Of a DNA stretch of 64,000 nt, positions 25,100 through 38,403 are shown one piece after another. The stretch is from the NCBI GenBank assembly GCA_000320545.1, contig ADNK01001569.1, forward strand, positions 6,376 to 70,375. The letters are read 5' to 3'. Source of the DNA: Bigelowiella natans CCMP2755. Its lineage: Eukaryota > Protista > Cercozoa. The translations under genes and the position numbers were made by a program. The notes under the pieces are model-generated. The model saw nothing but the letters and a program-made list of their open reading frames with translations, ran no database searches and was not told the DNA's origin. Within the stretch, counting starts at the first letter, position 1. Each line of letters opens with the position of its first letter.

Positions 25100-25900
25100 T
25101 AACACAAGTTAGCATATCTAGATATAAGTAATCGTATAGGACGTATTTCGCGTGCTTTGTACATAAAAACACTGGGCAGGATCTTATTACGATGCAAGCA
25201 TTCTAGTATTATTGCCGTACGATACATTGCATACCTCAAGTCATATGATTTATGTTATCCTTGCGTATAGTTTGGCTATCTGTACGCAGCTATGTATGTA
25301 AATAACGATTATATGCCCTAGCCAGCTAGCTATGCGCCAACATATCTAGATATAGGCAGATTATTGGTATATATTAAATAAGCATCTAAACAAGCATGTT
25401 CTGCGTGTTGCAATTATACGAATCAGCTTTCCTAGATATACATACTCGTTAGCATCGCATGCGAATATTATGTACAAACGAGTCGTCTTATTATAGTATA
25501 GCTAGATAGCGTGCATGATGGCAAGATCATCTAGAATGAATAGAACTGAAATGATCACAACAATTTTTACCAGTTAGTTCAGCTGATCTCACGTCTCAGA
25601 CGCGCTGCCGATGATAGCCGTGTTATCATCTAGATCATGCAGCGCTGTTTGCACGATGCAATGTGGCTAGCTGGACCTAGAGATGGTTCTAGCCTTTTGC
25701 TGCACGTACGTAGCTAGGTAGTAGATTGATACGACGCCTAGACACACAGCATACAGCGCGAGGGATCCACATGCATATGCTAACAAGCGCTTATAATGGA
25801 CCCTAGGACCACTAGGTGCACAACCATTTGTTCGATTGAATATATTGCACATATATGGTTTCTTTCATAAATTAGTCGCCATTTTCTTGTGCTATTACAT
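25100..25900. repeat. Palindromic-word tract between convergent methyltransferase and STI1-Trx-PUL gene ends
   Basis: Repeated atctagat, gctagc, gcatgc, atgcat and tacgta words. Confidence 0.65.
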
Positions 25901-26206
25901 GTAAAGATGCATATGTAGCCTTCTTTATTTTATTCAGAGTTATGTGCTAAAATGCAAATCAATCCAAATAACGTGCAAGTTGTGCTGCAATGGTTATCAA
26001 AAGCACATAATACTATGCGCACGACGTATACTTCCGAAGCACGGTGTTTGTTTGCTAGACCATCAAACAAACTTTTCGTCCTTGTTTGCCCTAAATAATA
26101 TAACAGTGAAGAAATGCCCGCATATATCTCGCAAACATCCTGAACCCTCCCCCCCCCCACCCCCTCCCCTCACTTTCATCGCTCATGTTTTAGTTTGATG
26201 GTGTTC

Positions 26207-26941
26207 TTACGAGCAGCAGATTAGCAGCTCAGCTGCTATGTTATTCAGATTGGCCATTTGGCTGCCGTAAGTCTTCGAGACCTGTGTATTTGGTCATCAT
26301 CACCATCATCATCATCATCATCATCAATATATGCACACTGTGATTATATGCACACTGTGATTAAATGCGGTTGCCACCATCAGCCAGGAATGTACATGCA
26401 TCTTTCTACTTCTACGACGCACAGACAAGGATAGACCAACGTGTGCTTTCACGCATATCACACGCATTGGCGACATTACTTCTCCGATCAAAGTTTCTGT
26501 ATCAAGATCCTTCGCAGCCTTATTCGTCATCGTGCCAAGTTATACAAAACATAAAAATATGGAACATAAATTGTGGGTTATTCAATTCTGATAGTTATAT
26601 GACTCCTGCTGCTGTTGCTAGCGCTTCTATTGCACTAGTCCCCCCTACACTACCCCCCCTTGTTTATTGCAGTATCACATAATAATAATAGTAATAATAA
26701 TAATACCGATTTCACTGCTTCATCACGGTACAACAGGGTGCCGAGGGTCAGCAATAAGTTTACTTTCTAAATGTTGTTGTTTTTTGAGGAGGCGAGGAGA
26801 AGGATTATGAGCATCGTGATGATACGTGATGATACGCAAATGCTATATGGGGACGATCGTTAAATAAATATATACTCAGGCCTGCAGCAACAACACAGCG
26901 GGAGGAGTTCTATTATCATCGTAGAACAATGACAATCGAGC

Positions 26942-26972
<31 letters not shown>

Positions 26973-27178
26973 TGGCGTGGTATGACAGTATTACCTGCTT
27001 TGGCTGATCGTTTCCATCCAGCATCATATTCACCAAAGAGAGGCATCGGACCTGGTTTTTAAGTGTTGTTGTTGTTGATGATGATGGGGATGATGCTAAT
27101 CACTCATGTGTATATATATTCAATCATCACTGAAACTATCTGCAAGAATGCGACTGACATATACCATCACGCAAGTGC

Positions 27179-27214
<36 letters not shown>

Positions 27215-27762
27215 AAGATTCATCATCAATCGTGATGATTCTTGTTAAAAGAAGCGGGAATACCTTCTCCGTAGACACGTCTTTTCCAAATCGCAGTGTT
27301 ATGGCAAGATTTGCCAGCAATGTGATCATGGTACTCCTAAAATCATCATCGGTAAAGCACAAGAGGGGGAAGGGGGGGTATGAATAACGATGATAATAAT
27401 TATAACAATACTTCCTTCTGTTCTTCCCCTCCCCCCTCTATTTTGTCATCATCATCATCATCATCATCATCGTCATCAACTAACCGGAGATTCTTATCCT
27501 CTTCCGAAGCAAGATCTTCCAGTACATCCAATATCTGAAGATGATGAAAATGAAAAGTATGTTGATGATGAGGAGGATGAGGATGGTGATGATGACAACG
27601 ATGGTATTCAAAATTTGAGACTGGTAAGAGAACTATGAAGGGCATTATTTTCATGATTACTATCATTAGTATATGCTGCTCACCGGCTCGATTTGAGGCG
27701 TGAGAGCGATTGCCACACGGCGTTTACCGAACAGATTTGTGACATTCCTCAAGGCCTTTTAG

Positions 27763-27797
<35 letters not shown>

Positions 27798-27924
27798 CCG
27801 ATGTTATCGTCGTTGCTATACTACTCGATGTTGTTGTTGTTGTTGTTATTGTTGTTTGTACAGATACATCATAAGAGGAGTGCTACGTGTGCATAGCAAA
27901 CTATAGGTTGCACTATACTACACA

Positions 27925-27968
<44 letters not shown>

Positions 27969-28137
27969 CTGAGCACACAGCCGCTGGCCATGTATTGCTA
28001 TATCATCGAGCTCACAAGGCTGATCACACACACGCACAAACGCACCCACGCACACATTGTATAATGCAATATACCAGAAGTTTATGGGTTGCTTTTGTGC
28101 CATTTCTTGCTATAGAGAGGAATCTGTACATCATACA

Positions 28138-28196
<59 letters not shown>

Positions 28197-28441
28197 ATTG
28201 TGATGGGAAACAAAAGTACGATGACAATTCTTAAGTGTTTCGATCTTTCGCCATAGCCTTATTGCCTTGTTGAGATATTATTATACACTCTTTCTATCTA
28301 TCTAAATCACTGCTGCGTTTCTACATATCTCCTCTCCCTCCCCCCCTCCTCTTCCTCCTCCGCTATATCTCAATATTACATAGACAATGGATCAGTCTCC
28401 ACTCTTTTATCTAGAATACGATCCTGCAATAAACAAACAAG

Positions 28442-28488
<47 letters not shown>

Positions 28489-31400
28489 AACAAACGGACG
28501 AGTGACATTAGCCCATTATCATTATCATCATTATCATCATCATTATCATCATCATTAGCCCATTATCATTATCATCATTATCATCATCATTATCATCATC
28601 ATTAGCCCATTATCATTATCATCATTATCATCATCATTATCACCATCGTCACGTATGTGCTACACACGTACTAACAAACATCACCGATAAATGTCTAACT
28701 ACCGACTAGTTACTACTCATACTACAACTACTATCTATGACCTTGATAAGCTTCAATGCTGCAGGATGACAGGTAGCACCTCTCATCATGTGAAGGCCCC
28801 ATGTACACTGATCAGGTAGTAGGTAATAATAATAACAATCATGATCATATAGTAGAGACTTTGTAGTAAGTAGCTAGCACCTTCCCTCCAGGCCACTGGC
28901 ACAGTCGTGTCAGAATGTCCATCTTTAATTTGGGGGGGGAGGGAGGGGGGGGGCAGCAGCAGCAAGTCAAGATGTAAGATCAAGAAAAAGAAGAACAAGC
29001 AACAGGGAAAAGAAGAAAAACACAGCATAGGTACGAACAGCGTATGATGGCAAACACGGAAAATGAGTGATATTATGGAGAGATATGAACGTTAGTAGAA
29101 ACGTCTGCTTTCACGACTCCTCTTGCTCTTTCATCATCATCATCATCTTGTTCTTCTTCTTCTTCTTCAATTGCATATTTGGCGGTTGGGATCCACTCAC
29201 GTATGTGCCTTGTTGCTAGCAGTGATACTAGTAGTAAGGCTAATAATACCTGGAAATTGGTGATCTTGCTACTGTGCCAAAACCCCCTATCTCGAAGCAC
29301 TCTGTTGTTTCACAATGCAGCCATCACGCCATAATAATGCTCGTCATCCAATCATACGATTAGTGACGATGACGACGACGATGATGATGATGCTAGTGAT
29401 GATATTGACGATGATGATGACGATGATGATGAGTCACCTTTGAATAGGGCCTTTGAGCTCCTTTACCTCCTGGACGTTAAGAGCCTTGTTCTGATGAAAA
29501 CACGAAGAAGAAGAAGAAGAGGAGGAGGAGGAGGAAGAACATTGAAAGGATTATAAGAAGACCGATTTGTTGGAATTCCTCTGCTACTGCTACTAACTCG
29601 CTGCTGCTGCTGCTGCTGCTTTTAGTCATGATTATAGCTTTGTGTCATCTTAGCAGCCAAATTCATTTAGCGATCGAAAGAGGATGTTTGTCACCCTCAT
29701 CATCGTCAATATTATAGTCTATTTAAGACGCTATCATTCTGGAGATATTGTTATCATCATCGTCATCATCATCGCTTTTCGTCCATTCAAACAGCAATTC
29801 ATCATACAGTCTTCTTCTGGTCATCATCGTTTGCAGTTAGCACTACTACAACAAGTAAAGAAGACAAAGCAGCAACCTTGAAATCTTCATCAGCGAGGAT
29901 CTTCGTTTGTGCCTTCTCAAGACCTGCCATCACCTACGCAGAGACGCTTTATTACGATATACATGGTGATAAAGAAGCAGCAGCTTGATGATGACCGCCT
30001 ACCTCCTGAAAATCCCAGCACTACCGCTACTACTACTACTACCTTATCAAGATCGAGTTTATTGTAGCTACTCAATTCAGGAGCGAGAGGAATGTTCTGC
30101 AGATAGATAGCAGCCATGCGAAGGAAGAGGAAGGAAATCAAAGACCTCACTACTACCTCATTATGTCAGCATTTCAGGATGATGAAGGCTTCAACTATAC
30201 CCCCCCCCCCCCCCCCCCACCATTCTTTAAAGGTCTGCAGTAGCATCCTTATAATATCAAGAAACAACATTTGCATTCATTGCATTTTCCTCCCTTCATC
30301 ACATCATCATCATCATCGTCCGACTTTGTATGGACTTGGGGCCTCCGCGCCGGATGCTTTCGCAATTGCACCTTCCACCTTTAGCAGGTAAGCACACGAT
30401 CATCAGCACCACCATCATCATCATTATCGGTAGCATCAATATAACACAATAGAGATGACGACAACTCGAACAGGATGTGAGAGGGCAGAGGAGGGGGAGG
30501 AGGAGGAGGAGGAGGAGGAGGAGGAGATGAAGATAAGGAGTAGTGGTAGCGAGCACGGTGAAATGTCCTTGACTTGAATTGCTCATATTACTACTTTTCC
30601 TGCCAGAACAGCAAGTACATGCACTACTGATACTGGAACTTTCTTCTATCCGCAATCTCACCCATTCATTCGGTGGTAATGCTAACTAACAAGCAAACAA
30701 CTACTAACAAGCAAACAACTACCATTGCTGTAAGTGCGTTTGGATCTGCTCCTTTCATCTCATCCAACTGTTGATGTAATCAATGACACAATGAATATAA
30801 ACAGCTGTAAGAAACTTCGCACATAGCAAGCAAGCAGTGACGAAAGGTAAAGAAAATGCTTTTTTTTCCAGCTGATAATTCTCTTCTTTCGAGCCAGCAA
30901 AACCGCAGAAGAAGTCATTTAAAATATCAAGAGCTACCGAACGTTTTTCCAAAGGAAATTATCGATTTTTCCATTTTTCAATGTTGAACCGAATCTTCCG
31001 TGTACATTTCCTTCTCTCCGTGCGTGTTTAATCATGTGGTATCATGGTTACTGCTTGTTGGAGCTGACTAGCTACCTTTTCAGATCTAAGATATACTTGG
31101 AAGGTTGGGAATGCTTGCACACCCAGGTTTTGTGCGAGAGGCTTCGTGTTGTCTACATTCACTTTCAGAAAAATCGCCTAGAATTCGATGATTATTGAGA
31201 ATTAACAGCTACCGGCAATCGTGTGTTTGTAGTTTGGCCTTACCTTGTCGTTGTACTTCGTGGCCAACGACTGCGTAAAAGTAATACATCATCACAAGAC
31301 AATAGCTTACTGCAATCGATGTGTTTGTAGTTGCTACGACACGCAGTACGCTCATGTCCACTTGGATGTGGAGGGCTGTCGCATTCACCTTAAAGTGGGG

Positions 31401-32252
31401 AGCGATCTTGTTGCCTACGAATAAAAATAAGAGGAATGTTAAATATGCCAAACTCATAGACGTCGCAAGCGTGTTAGCGATCTTACATGGTCCGCACCAC
31501 ACGGCGTAGAAGTCGACGACCACAGGCTAAAATTATAGAAGACAACATATGCTCATGGGATTACATTCATTCGGTTAAATACGGCGTATAGCAGTCACGG
31601 GAAAAGAGTTCTAGGGTATTATTCTTTATGCGATGATGCATTCGTTTCCTTGCAAGTTACCTTGTTCCCAGCTGACTTTAGGAAGTCGTCCCACTCTTCA
31701 GCCTTTATATTTATGCAATAGACAAAAGATACATGGAATTAGTACAGATCATGCGAGATTGAACGTGAGGGAGGTGTGTTGGCTGGTGTTATCTGTGATT
31801 TATTACACTTTTCAAATCCTCGTATGGCAGGCTAACTTTTGCGTCTCCCCCCCCTCCAGCACCCATTCCTCCCATTCCTCCCATTCCCCCTTGTCCTCCC
31901 ATTAGCGCCTGCATTTTTTGCATGAACTTCTGAATGTCAGGGTCGTTCATCATTCCAGCCTAAATATTGCGAAATGGAAGAGCTTACAACTCCAAACATC
32001 AGCTGCAGAGACCTACTTGCAACAAAAGGGCGACGAGAACGATCAAATCATTGATTCTTTTTTTACCGCAGCCCCCGGGTTCGATCGAAGTGACTGGAGC
32101 CTTTCCATAAAGCCAGGCTTTTGCATCAGCTCCATTATCTCGGGATCCCGCATTAGCTGTTGCATTGCAGACATCATTTGTGGGTTTTGCATCATCTGCT
32201 GCTGCATATCTTCCATTCCACCGCCGCCGCCGCCGCCGCCAAATCCATCCAT
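26207..32252 (-). CDS. STI1(DP)-thioredoxin-PUL fusion protein (many short exons)
   Basis: STI1: MQQQMMQNPQMMSAMQQLMRDPEIM..RSNPGAAAGMMNDPDIQKFMQKMQ. An in-phase intron at 31806-31703 joins YEDLKS to AEEWDDFLKSAGNK, followed by [48 protein letters not shown] (thioredoxin). PUL-like: VLRDRGFWHSS, DILTRLCQWP, ALRNVTNLF, STMITLLANLA, LLLTLGTLL. Stop TAA at 26207-26209. Confidence 0.8.
26680..30720. repeat. Microsatellite-dense intron region: (CAT)n, (TAC)n, (TAG)n, (GA)n, (CA)n, (GAG)n, poly-C/G
   Basis: Runs read directly, e.g. (TAC)n 27180-27213, (CAT)n 27765-27795, (GA)n 28156-28192 and 28451-28484, (GAG)n about 30497-30525. Confidence 0.9.
28507..28647. repeat. Intronic minisatellite, 47-bp unit x3, built from CAT/TAT triplets
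   Basis: attagccc starts at 28507, 28554 and 28601 (period 47), each followed by the same cattat/cat pattern. Confidence 0.9.
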
Positions 32253-32774
32253 GTTAATTGTTCGAGCTTGAACGGTGGTACTGGTAAAGGAAGGGGGAGA
32301 GCAACCACTGGCTATCTCCTTCGATTCCGGGGGATGATGGTTGGATTCCTTGGACCCGATTTTCGACGCCAGTAGCGACAAAAATACACAAATAACATGC
32401 CAATTTAATTCTACGTCATTCTTTGCAATCAGACAAACTAAGAAAAGGCAGCCTTTCTCGGCTTTTCGAAGTAAAAATAGGTGAGCAGTGAAGTCCGCTG
32501 TTCGAAAGGCATTTTTAATTCGCGAGTAGTTTTTACGAGTTGTTGTCATTTGAAATATCCAAGAAAAATTTTAGGCAATATTGCCAGGAAAGCGACGGCG
32601 ATGATTGTGGAGAACGGGTTTTCCAGGTACAACAATCCGAAGCTTTACAGTGAGTTAAACCCTTCTTCTCGGAGATCTCTTCATTAGAATTCCACTTATT
32701 TAATGTCGCAGTACAAATAACGGCGGGAAACTTCAGTATACGAATAGGTTCTTCAGCCGTGACTCTGTCTGAGA

Positions 32775-35700
32775 ATGCCTATTTTCGGTGCCGAGAAAGT
32801 ACAACATGTGCACTTCTCCGTCGGCACAATCGAACTAACCCTTGGAGCTAACGATCAAGCTGACCCCGCCCTTTCTACGAGCTCGCACACCGCAATGTAT
32901 TAGCATAAAACACGTTATTAAATTTGTCCACATGGGCCATAGCAGTAAAATTCAATGGAGGAAATAAAAACACGATTCGTCGTGATTTCCATAGCTGGTG
33001 CATGCCTGACGTTGTTCATACTTTTATCGATACATAGATGTCGAAGCCCTATCGGGTATTTCCTGCTGGAGCTAACGATGTAGTTTATAGGCGTAACCAG
33101 AATCGTCAATCTTCTACTCGCTCAGTCACGCCCCCACCGAGAGAGTGATACACCACACATGTCAAAATTAGTACCAGCAAGAAATTGATTTGATATTTTT
33201 CTGATTCATACTAGTCGAAATGTAGTTCGTCGAGGAGTCAGAAATAAGGGTGGTAGATCTGCGTCCCCGGGTCCGGAGAGATCTGTTGAAGATGATTTTA
33301 AGGTAACAGCCCCTCAAAATGATAACATGATGCCCCCTACTAACTCGTTTCGTTATTATTCCACAGAAAATTCAAAGCGCCTTGAATGGAGAAAAAGTTC
33401 TCTGGGCAGGAACAGTGAAACATGTATTATTATAAGTAAAATGATGATGCAAGAATCGAAAGTCCGTTCCTCCCACCGTATTTAAGGTTACTGGACTCAG
33501 GGGGCAGGAGCCCAAGTCGTGCCTGCTCATCGTTACTGATGGAGCAATCTACAAAGTTATAGATTTCGTTTTACAATTTAGGCTGCTTATCCATTTATTC
33601 TTACTTCGTTCCTAGGTTAGACTCCAAGATCGGAAAATAACCCGGCGAATAGTTTTTAAGGAACTCGTAAAACTGACCTTCAACCTCGACAATAGAATGC
33701 TTATTATGCACTGCAAGGAGTGAGTTAGTTTTGAATTCCGTGCCGCTATTCTCGTAACACCAGAAATATTTGTCCACAGGGGTCAGTATCGGTATAGAAC
33801 TTCGCAAAGAGCTGCTTGCAACGCAATTGTTAATACCATTGATAAGGTATTCTTCGATCCATCACCGTTAATTATATATGATGGATCTAACTTATTTATG
33901 TAAAGGCGGTGAAAGCCTTTGAAAGACAGCTGGGAATTGTGAGAAGAGGAAACTTTTGTGTTAAAATCGCCACTCCTACGAAGGTACTACTCTATATAGT
34001 GTTTTCGCGTATTCGAAAAGAAATTGTACACCTGTCAGCCACCGCCTTCAAGACCAACAGGGCAGCCTACTGGGCAGCCACGAACACAATCTCAAATCCG
34101 CAAATCTAGACCCCCAATATCCATTTCCCAAGATTCTCAACGTCCGACATCAGTTTCGCCTGTTCCGAAAAGAGATGCATTCAAAACATTTGGGCAAGAT
34201 CGTGCATCACCGCGCGGCTTGATGAACTCGTCATCTCTCTCTTCCATTTCCTCCACCTCGACTAACGGACTTAATCATTCATCCCGTACACCAACAAAAT
34301 ATTCGATTTCGTCGACGTCGCAGTATTCACCGACGCAATCTCCGACATTTGTGTCTACACAGTCTACTCCATCCTTCAGGTTTAATAAATACGTCCACTC
34401 TGAACTAGAATTTCGTCTGATGAAGCCAGTATTGTTATCTTTTTTTGTGTGTGTGTTAAAGTCTAGCTGATTTTTCTCTGAAGTCCGCGTTGCGTCAGAA
34501 GAACCGCAGATCCCGGAAAACTTACACGTATGCGACCAATATAGTTCCACCTTCTAATTCCAAGTTCCACTTTGCGTTCTCTAATATTTTCCTTGTTGAT
34601 TTGGTTTATGTATATGAAACATATGTTTCCCATTTTCAAATCTATTTGTGTTGCAGTGATGTTGGCGACGAAGTAAGTGAATTTCAAAATGAATTTGGTT
34701 GAAAGAAAGAAACTCTAATGCCCTTTCTACCATTGTAGACAAGCCAGTCGCTAAATCAGCAGGGCGGAAATTTCTACATGTGCTTCTGTGTCGCAGGATA
34801 TGGGTGACATTCTTATTACTATCATATAGACTCGACTGTGTAAGATCTTGTTTATATTGCTCAGAGTATGTGACGATTTTCACCCTCAATTTGATTGCGA
34901 TGCTCACTCGGACAATCAATCTACTGCTTCGGACGATGCCGGTCTTGATATGAGTAACTGGCGGAGATATTTTGATCAGAAATCTGGTCGGCCATATTGG
35001 CATAATCACAAGACCTCAGAATCGACCTGGTATGATCCCTCAATAGCAATAGCTCGTGCCAAGGAGGTTAAGAGGGCACAAAAGGATTCACACATTACCG
35101 TCCCAACATCGTCAAAGGGCAGAAGGAGAAAGTTCGTAAGAATAGAAAGCAATTAATGGGTTTTAAGTTATATTTATTCATCCATATATATTTTACAGAC
35201 CTGCGTCTGCAGCAGTAGCAGCAGCACAAAAGCTCAGGGAAAAGAATGTAATTATACTTTTCCTATTTTAATGAAGTTTCACTTATCCTACAATTATCTA
35301 TGTTCTAATCACAATTATAAGGCAGAAGAGCGTGCTAAAACTGAAGATAATGAGGAAAAGTTAAACATAGAGGCACTTGAGAAACTTTTGGAACTCATGG
35401 GTGACGTGAGAAAGAAGGGTAAAGCTCCTCGATATTACGCCATTTAATATGAACAAGAATTGATGAAATAAATTCTAGGTTTTACGTATCTTTGTTCAAA
35501 ATTCGTTCGCAATCCCGATGCATACCTCAAAAGCAACAGTATGAACAGTTATTTCAAAATGATGGAACCGCTAAACTTCCCTAAATATTTAAGGTGATAT
35601 GAGTCACTATCGTCAGCTCAGACGGGCACGAAATGAGAGGAAAAAGGTCTATATTTCTAAATAATTTCTAAATACTAAAGATAAAAACTACATTTTCAGA

Positions 35701-37669
35701 ACGCATCAAGTCTGCAGATAAATCCAGCAATTGGCCAATTTTTGGAAGGAACGCCAAGTGCTCATTTCTTGAAGCTAGCAGGAATCAAACTCCTGAGAAA
35801 CGTCTATAAATTGCCTCAATTTCACCTCGATCAACTAGAGAATGAGGTGGGGGTGATTATATGATGTGAAAATAAAGAAGAAGCTTGCATTAAAATATAT
35901 TTCATCTTAAAAAGGCACTGGAATCACTCGAGGACTACTCGTTGTCAAAAGCTAGACAGAAATTTCTTAAAATTGTGAAACGGGTAGAATGCTACCTCTG
36001 TACCGTAGATCAAATAACAATTATGTTTAATTTCTTAGCTGGAAAACAGAAAGTATGACTTACTGTCTATAGTAGGAAAAGGGGTAATCTTATCAAAAAC
36101 ATAGTTTCCCGCATTTCTGATTATAGATATTCATTACAGTCATTTGGTAGTGTCTACATGGCAAGACCCCTCCCCGGGAAATTTCCTACAGTAAGTTACG
36201 ATGAAAAAAATATTACAGCACTGAAATTTCAAAATTTCTTAATCTCCTAACTTTTTAGTTGCAGAAGGGGACCAGAGTCATTGCAGTGAAGTCCATTGAT
36301 ATGGTAAATTTAGTGAATAGGGAATATTATTATGAATGATTACACTTTCGATATGAAGTCTGATGAGGAGGACCTTACTGAGCTTTCGAAGGAGATTGAG
36401 GTTCTAGCAGAAGGGGAGGTCGGCAGCAATTCTAAATTGAGACTGATATTTGGAGTCCTTATGCGAATGTTTGACGCATAGGTTTGTTCTCAATTGGTTC
36501 AGTACTACGGGTGTGAAAGTATAGATCGGTCATAAAAATTCATGTTTATAAGCAAAGCATCGGATATAAAGATATAAACTACTGTGTTACAAATAAGGTT
36601 CTTAATGCTATCGATGGAGCTGATGGATGGGGCCATTGATAAATTAAAGCCATTACCGGAGGTTTCGAATTTCATTTGAATACGACCTCATTCTTTTACA
36701 TTCATTTTTTGGTTTAGGCTGCTGTAGCAGTCATTATGAGAGAGTCGCTTCTGGGTCTTTCTTTCCTTTGGAACAAATATAAAAAGTTTCATCGGTAATT
36801 TACAATTTGTTACGTCGTTTGATCTTATCACAGTAATATTCCCTGTTTCAGAGACTTGAAAGGTGCAAATATTTTATATACACTGCGTGGGGATGTAAAA
36901 CTGGCAGATTTTGGATGCGTTCGCTCATTGGGAGGTATGAATTTCAGTAACACCTCGCTCAAATCGTATACTCTATTTCACATATATTTCAACAAATAAA
37001 CAGGAAATACACGTCTAGCGACAACTAAGGTGGGTTCTCCTTATTGGATGGCACCAGAAGTCATTAAAGATCAACCATACAATCAGGTAATCAACCTTGC
37101 TTCATATATGAATACAATATAGCTGAGATTTGGTGCTTATCTATACAATTCTACTGTGTGTTTCAACAGCTCGTAGATGTTTGGTCTCTAGGAATAACAT
37201 GCATCGAAATAGTAACAGGAAAGGTGAATCTTACTGCTCAAACATCAGGACTCAAATTTCTTAGGGTTCTACATACTAATCAAGGTTCCGTGTCAAGGGC
37301 AAGGAATGACGCAGGCTATGGATTCTATCCTCAAGGATCCAGCCCCTCGTCTTAGCGAGAGGTGGAAAATTAAATTATGTTTTGTGACATCTCTGAGGCT
37401 AGTAATCGTCGCAGGTACTCTAAAGAAATCAAAGACTTCATCGTTGCTTGTGTTGATAAAGAGCCCAGTGATCGAGTTCCTGTTGATGAATTGCTCAAGC
37501 TAGATTTTATTACGCAGGTACGAATTCACATCGACTATTCATAATCCAGTTTTGTTAGCCAGCAAACTATGAGTATTTTTTGTTACTATGCATAATGATT
37601 CAGGCTGGAGATGTAGATTCATGGCTCCCAAATAACGCTCGACCTCCTCCTGCTCCTCCACGGCGCTAA
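32775..37669 (+). CDS. STE20-family Ser/Thr kinase with N-terminal myosin-I TH1/PH-like region, Ser/Pro-rich linker and WW domain; 5' end approximate
   Basis: Kinase exons: IVGKGSFGSVY, VIAVKSID, EIEVL, HRDLKGANIL, VKLADFG, VGSPYWMAPEVI, DVWSLGITCIE, FIVACVDKEPSDR. WW: NWRRYFDQKSGRPYWHNHKTSESTWYDP (34955-35040). TH1-like: KVLWAGT..SCLLIVTDGAIYKV..KITRRIVFKELVKLTF..MLIMHC (33366-33720). Stop TAA at 37667-37669. Confidence 0.9.
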
Positions 37670-37779
37670 AGAGTTGTAACCCATGAAATGAGTAAACAAA
37701 TCGTGTGTCAAAAATTGTGGATGAACTAGCGTGATTTCTGTTCTCGCGTGAGCTTAGCATTGGCGTTACCTTGAAATCA

Positions 37780-38340
37780 TCACGCATGGTGCATCGCTCA
37801 TTTGTTGCATCGCACAGCAGCATGCACACTACTAGCTAGCTAGCTACATCATGTAAGCAAAAAAAGGCAGGACAGCCACGTTGCTAGATTACTCTCATCA
37901 TTGGCTGATCTACTGATCTAGCTAGCGTAGTAATTGCATCACACAATGCTAGAACATGTGAATTAGACATCTTCTAAGCACTAGAGCACATCTACACATC
38001 TCTAGATCTAGCTAGCTAGACGTGCACATGGACATACACGCATGTCTAGCTAGCTAGCTAGCTAGACATCTCTAGATCTAGATGTCTAGACATTGCCAGA
38101 TTGCAATACAGCAGTCTAGCAATGCTAGAATATCTAGTTGTAAGTTGATATATCGCTAAATCGATATCGAGTCATCGCCTTCTAGCCTTATCTAGTTATA
38201 CACGCTTCGGTGCGCCTCTACCAAGCTAACAAGATCTATCTAGACTGAGCTGCATCACTACTAGACTAGATCATGAGCGCTCAACAACGACGTGCGCTAG
38301 TCAAATAGTGCGTGCGAAATGTAATGCTATTAGGCTTGGA
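37780..38340. repeat. Densest (CTAG)n palindromic tract, between convergent kinase and TLC gene ends
   Basis: Perfect 28-bp palindrome atgtctagctagctagctagctagacat at 38042-38069; tctagatctaga at 38071-38082; (TAGC)n at 37832-37846. Confidence 0.8.
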
Positions 38341-38403
38341 TAGAGGGTTGACACAATAGATTATTTTATCTCTTGATTGAAAAAACTGTTTGTGCAACCT
38401 GTG

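Noticed and set aside
28507-28647. Regularly spaced repeats superficially like a CRISPR array
   Set aside because: There are no unique spacers, the units are low-complexity, the context is a eukaryotic intron and no cas genes are present.
26900-30700. Many 60-120-aa ORFs with poly-L/H/Y/S/V/E runs
   Set aside because: They are translations of intronic trinucleotide and dinucleotide microsatellites.
32720-32735. GGCGGGAAA E2F-like site upstream of the kinase
   Set aside because: A single short match, and the same word occurs in coding sequence near 7293, so it is not distinguishable from chance.
36053-36072. Apparent 20-nt GT-AG mini-intron (gtatgacttactgtctatag) in the kinase
   Set aside because: Reading through gives in-frame LENRKYDLLSIVGKG, which supplies kinase subdomain I, so it is exon sequence.
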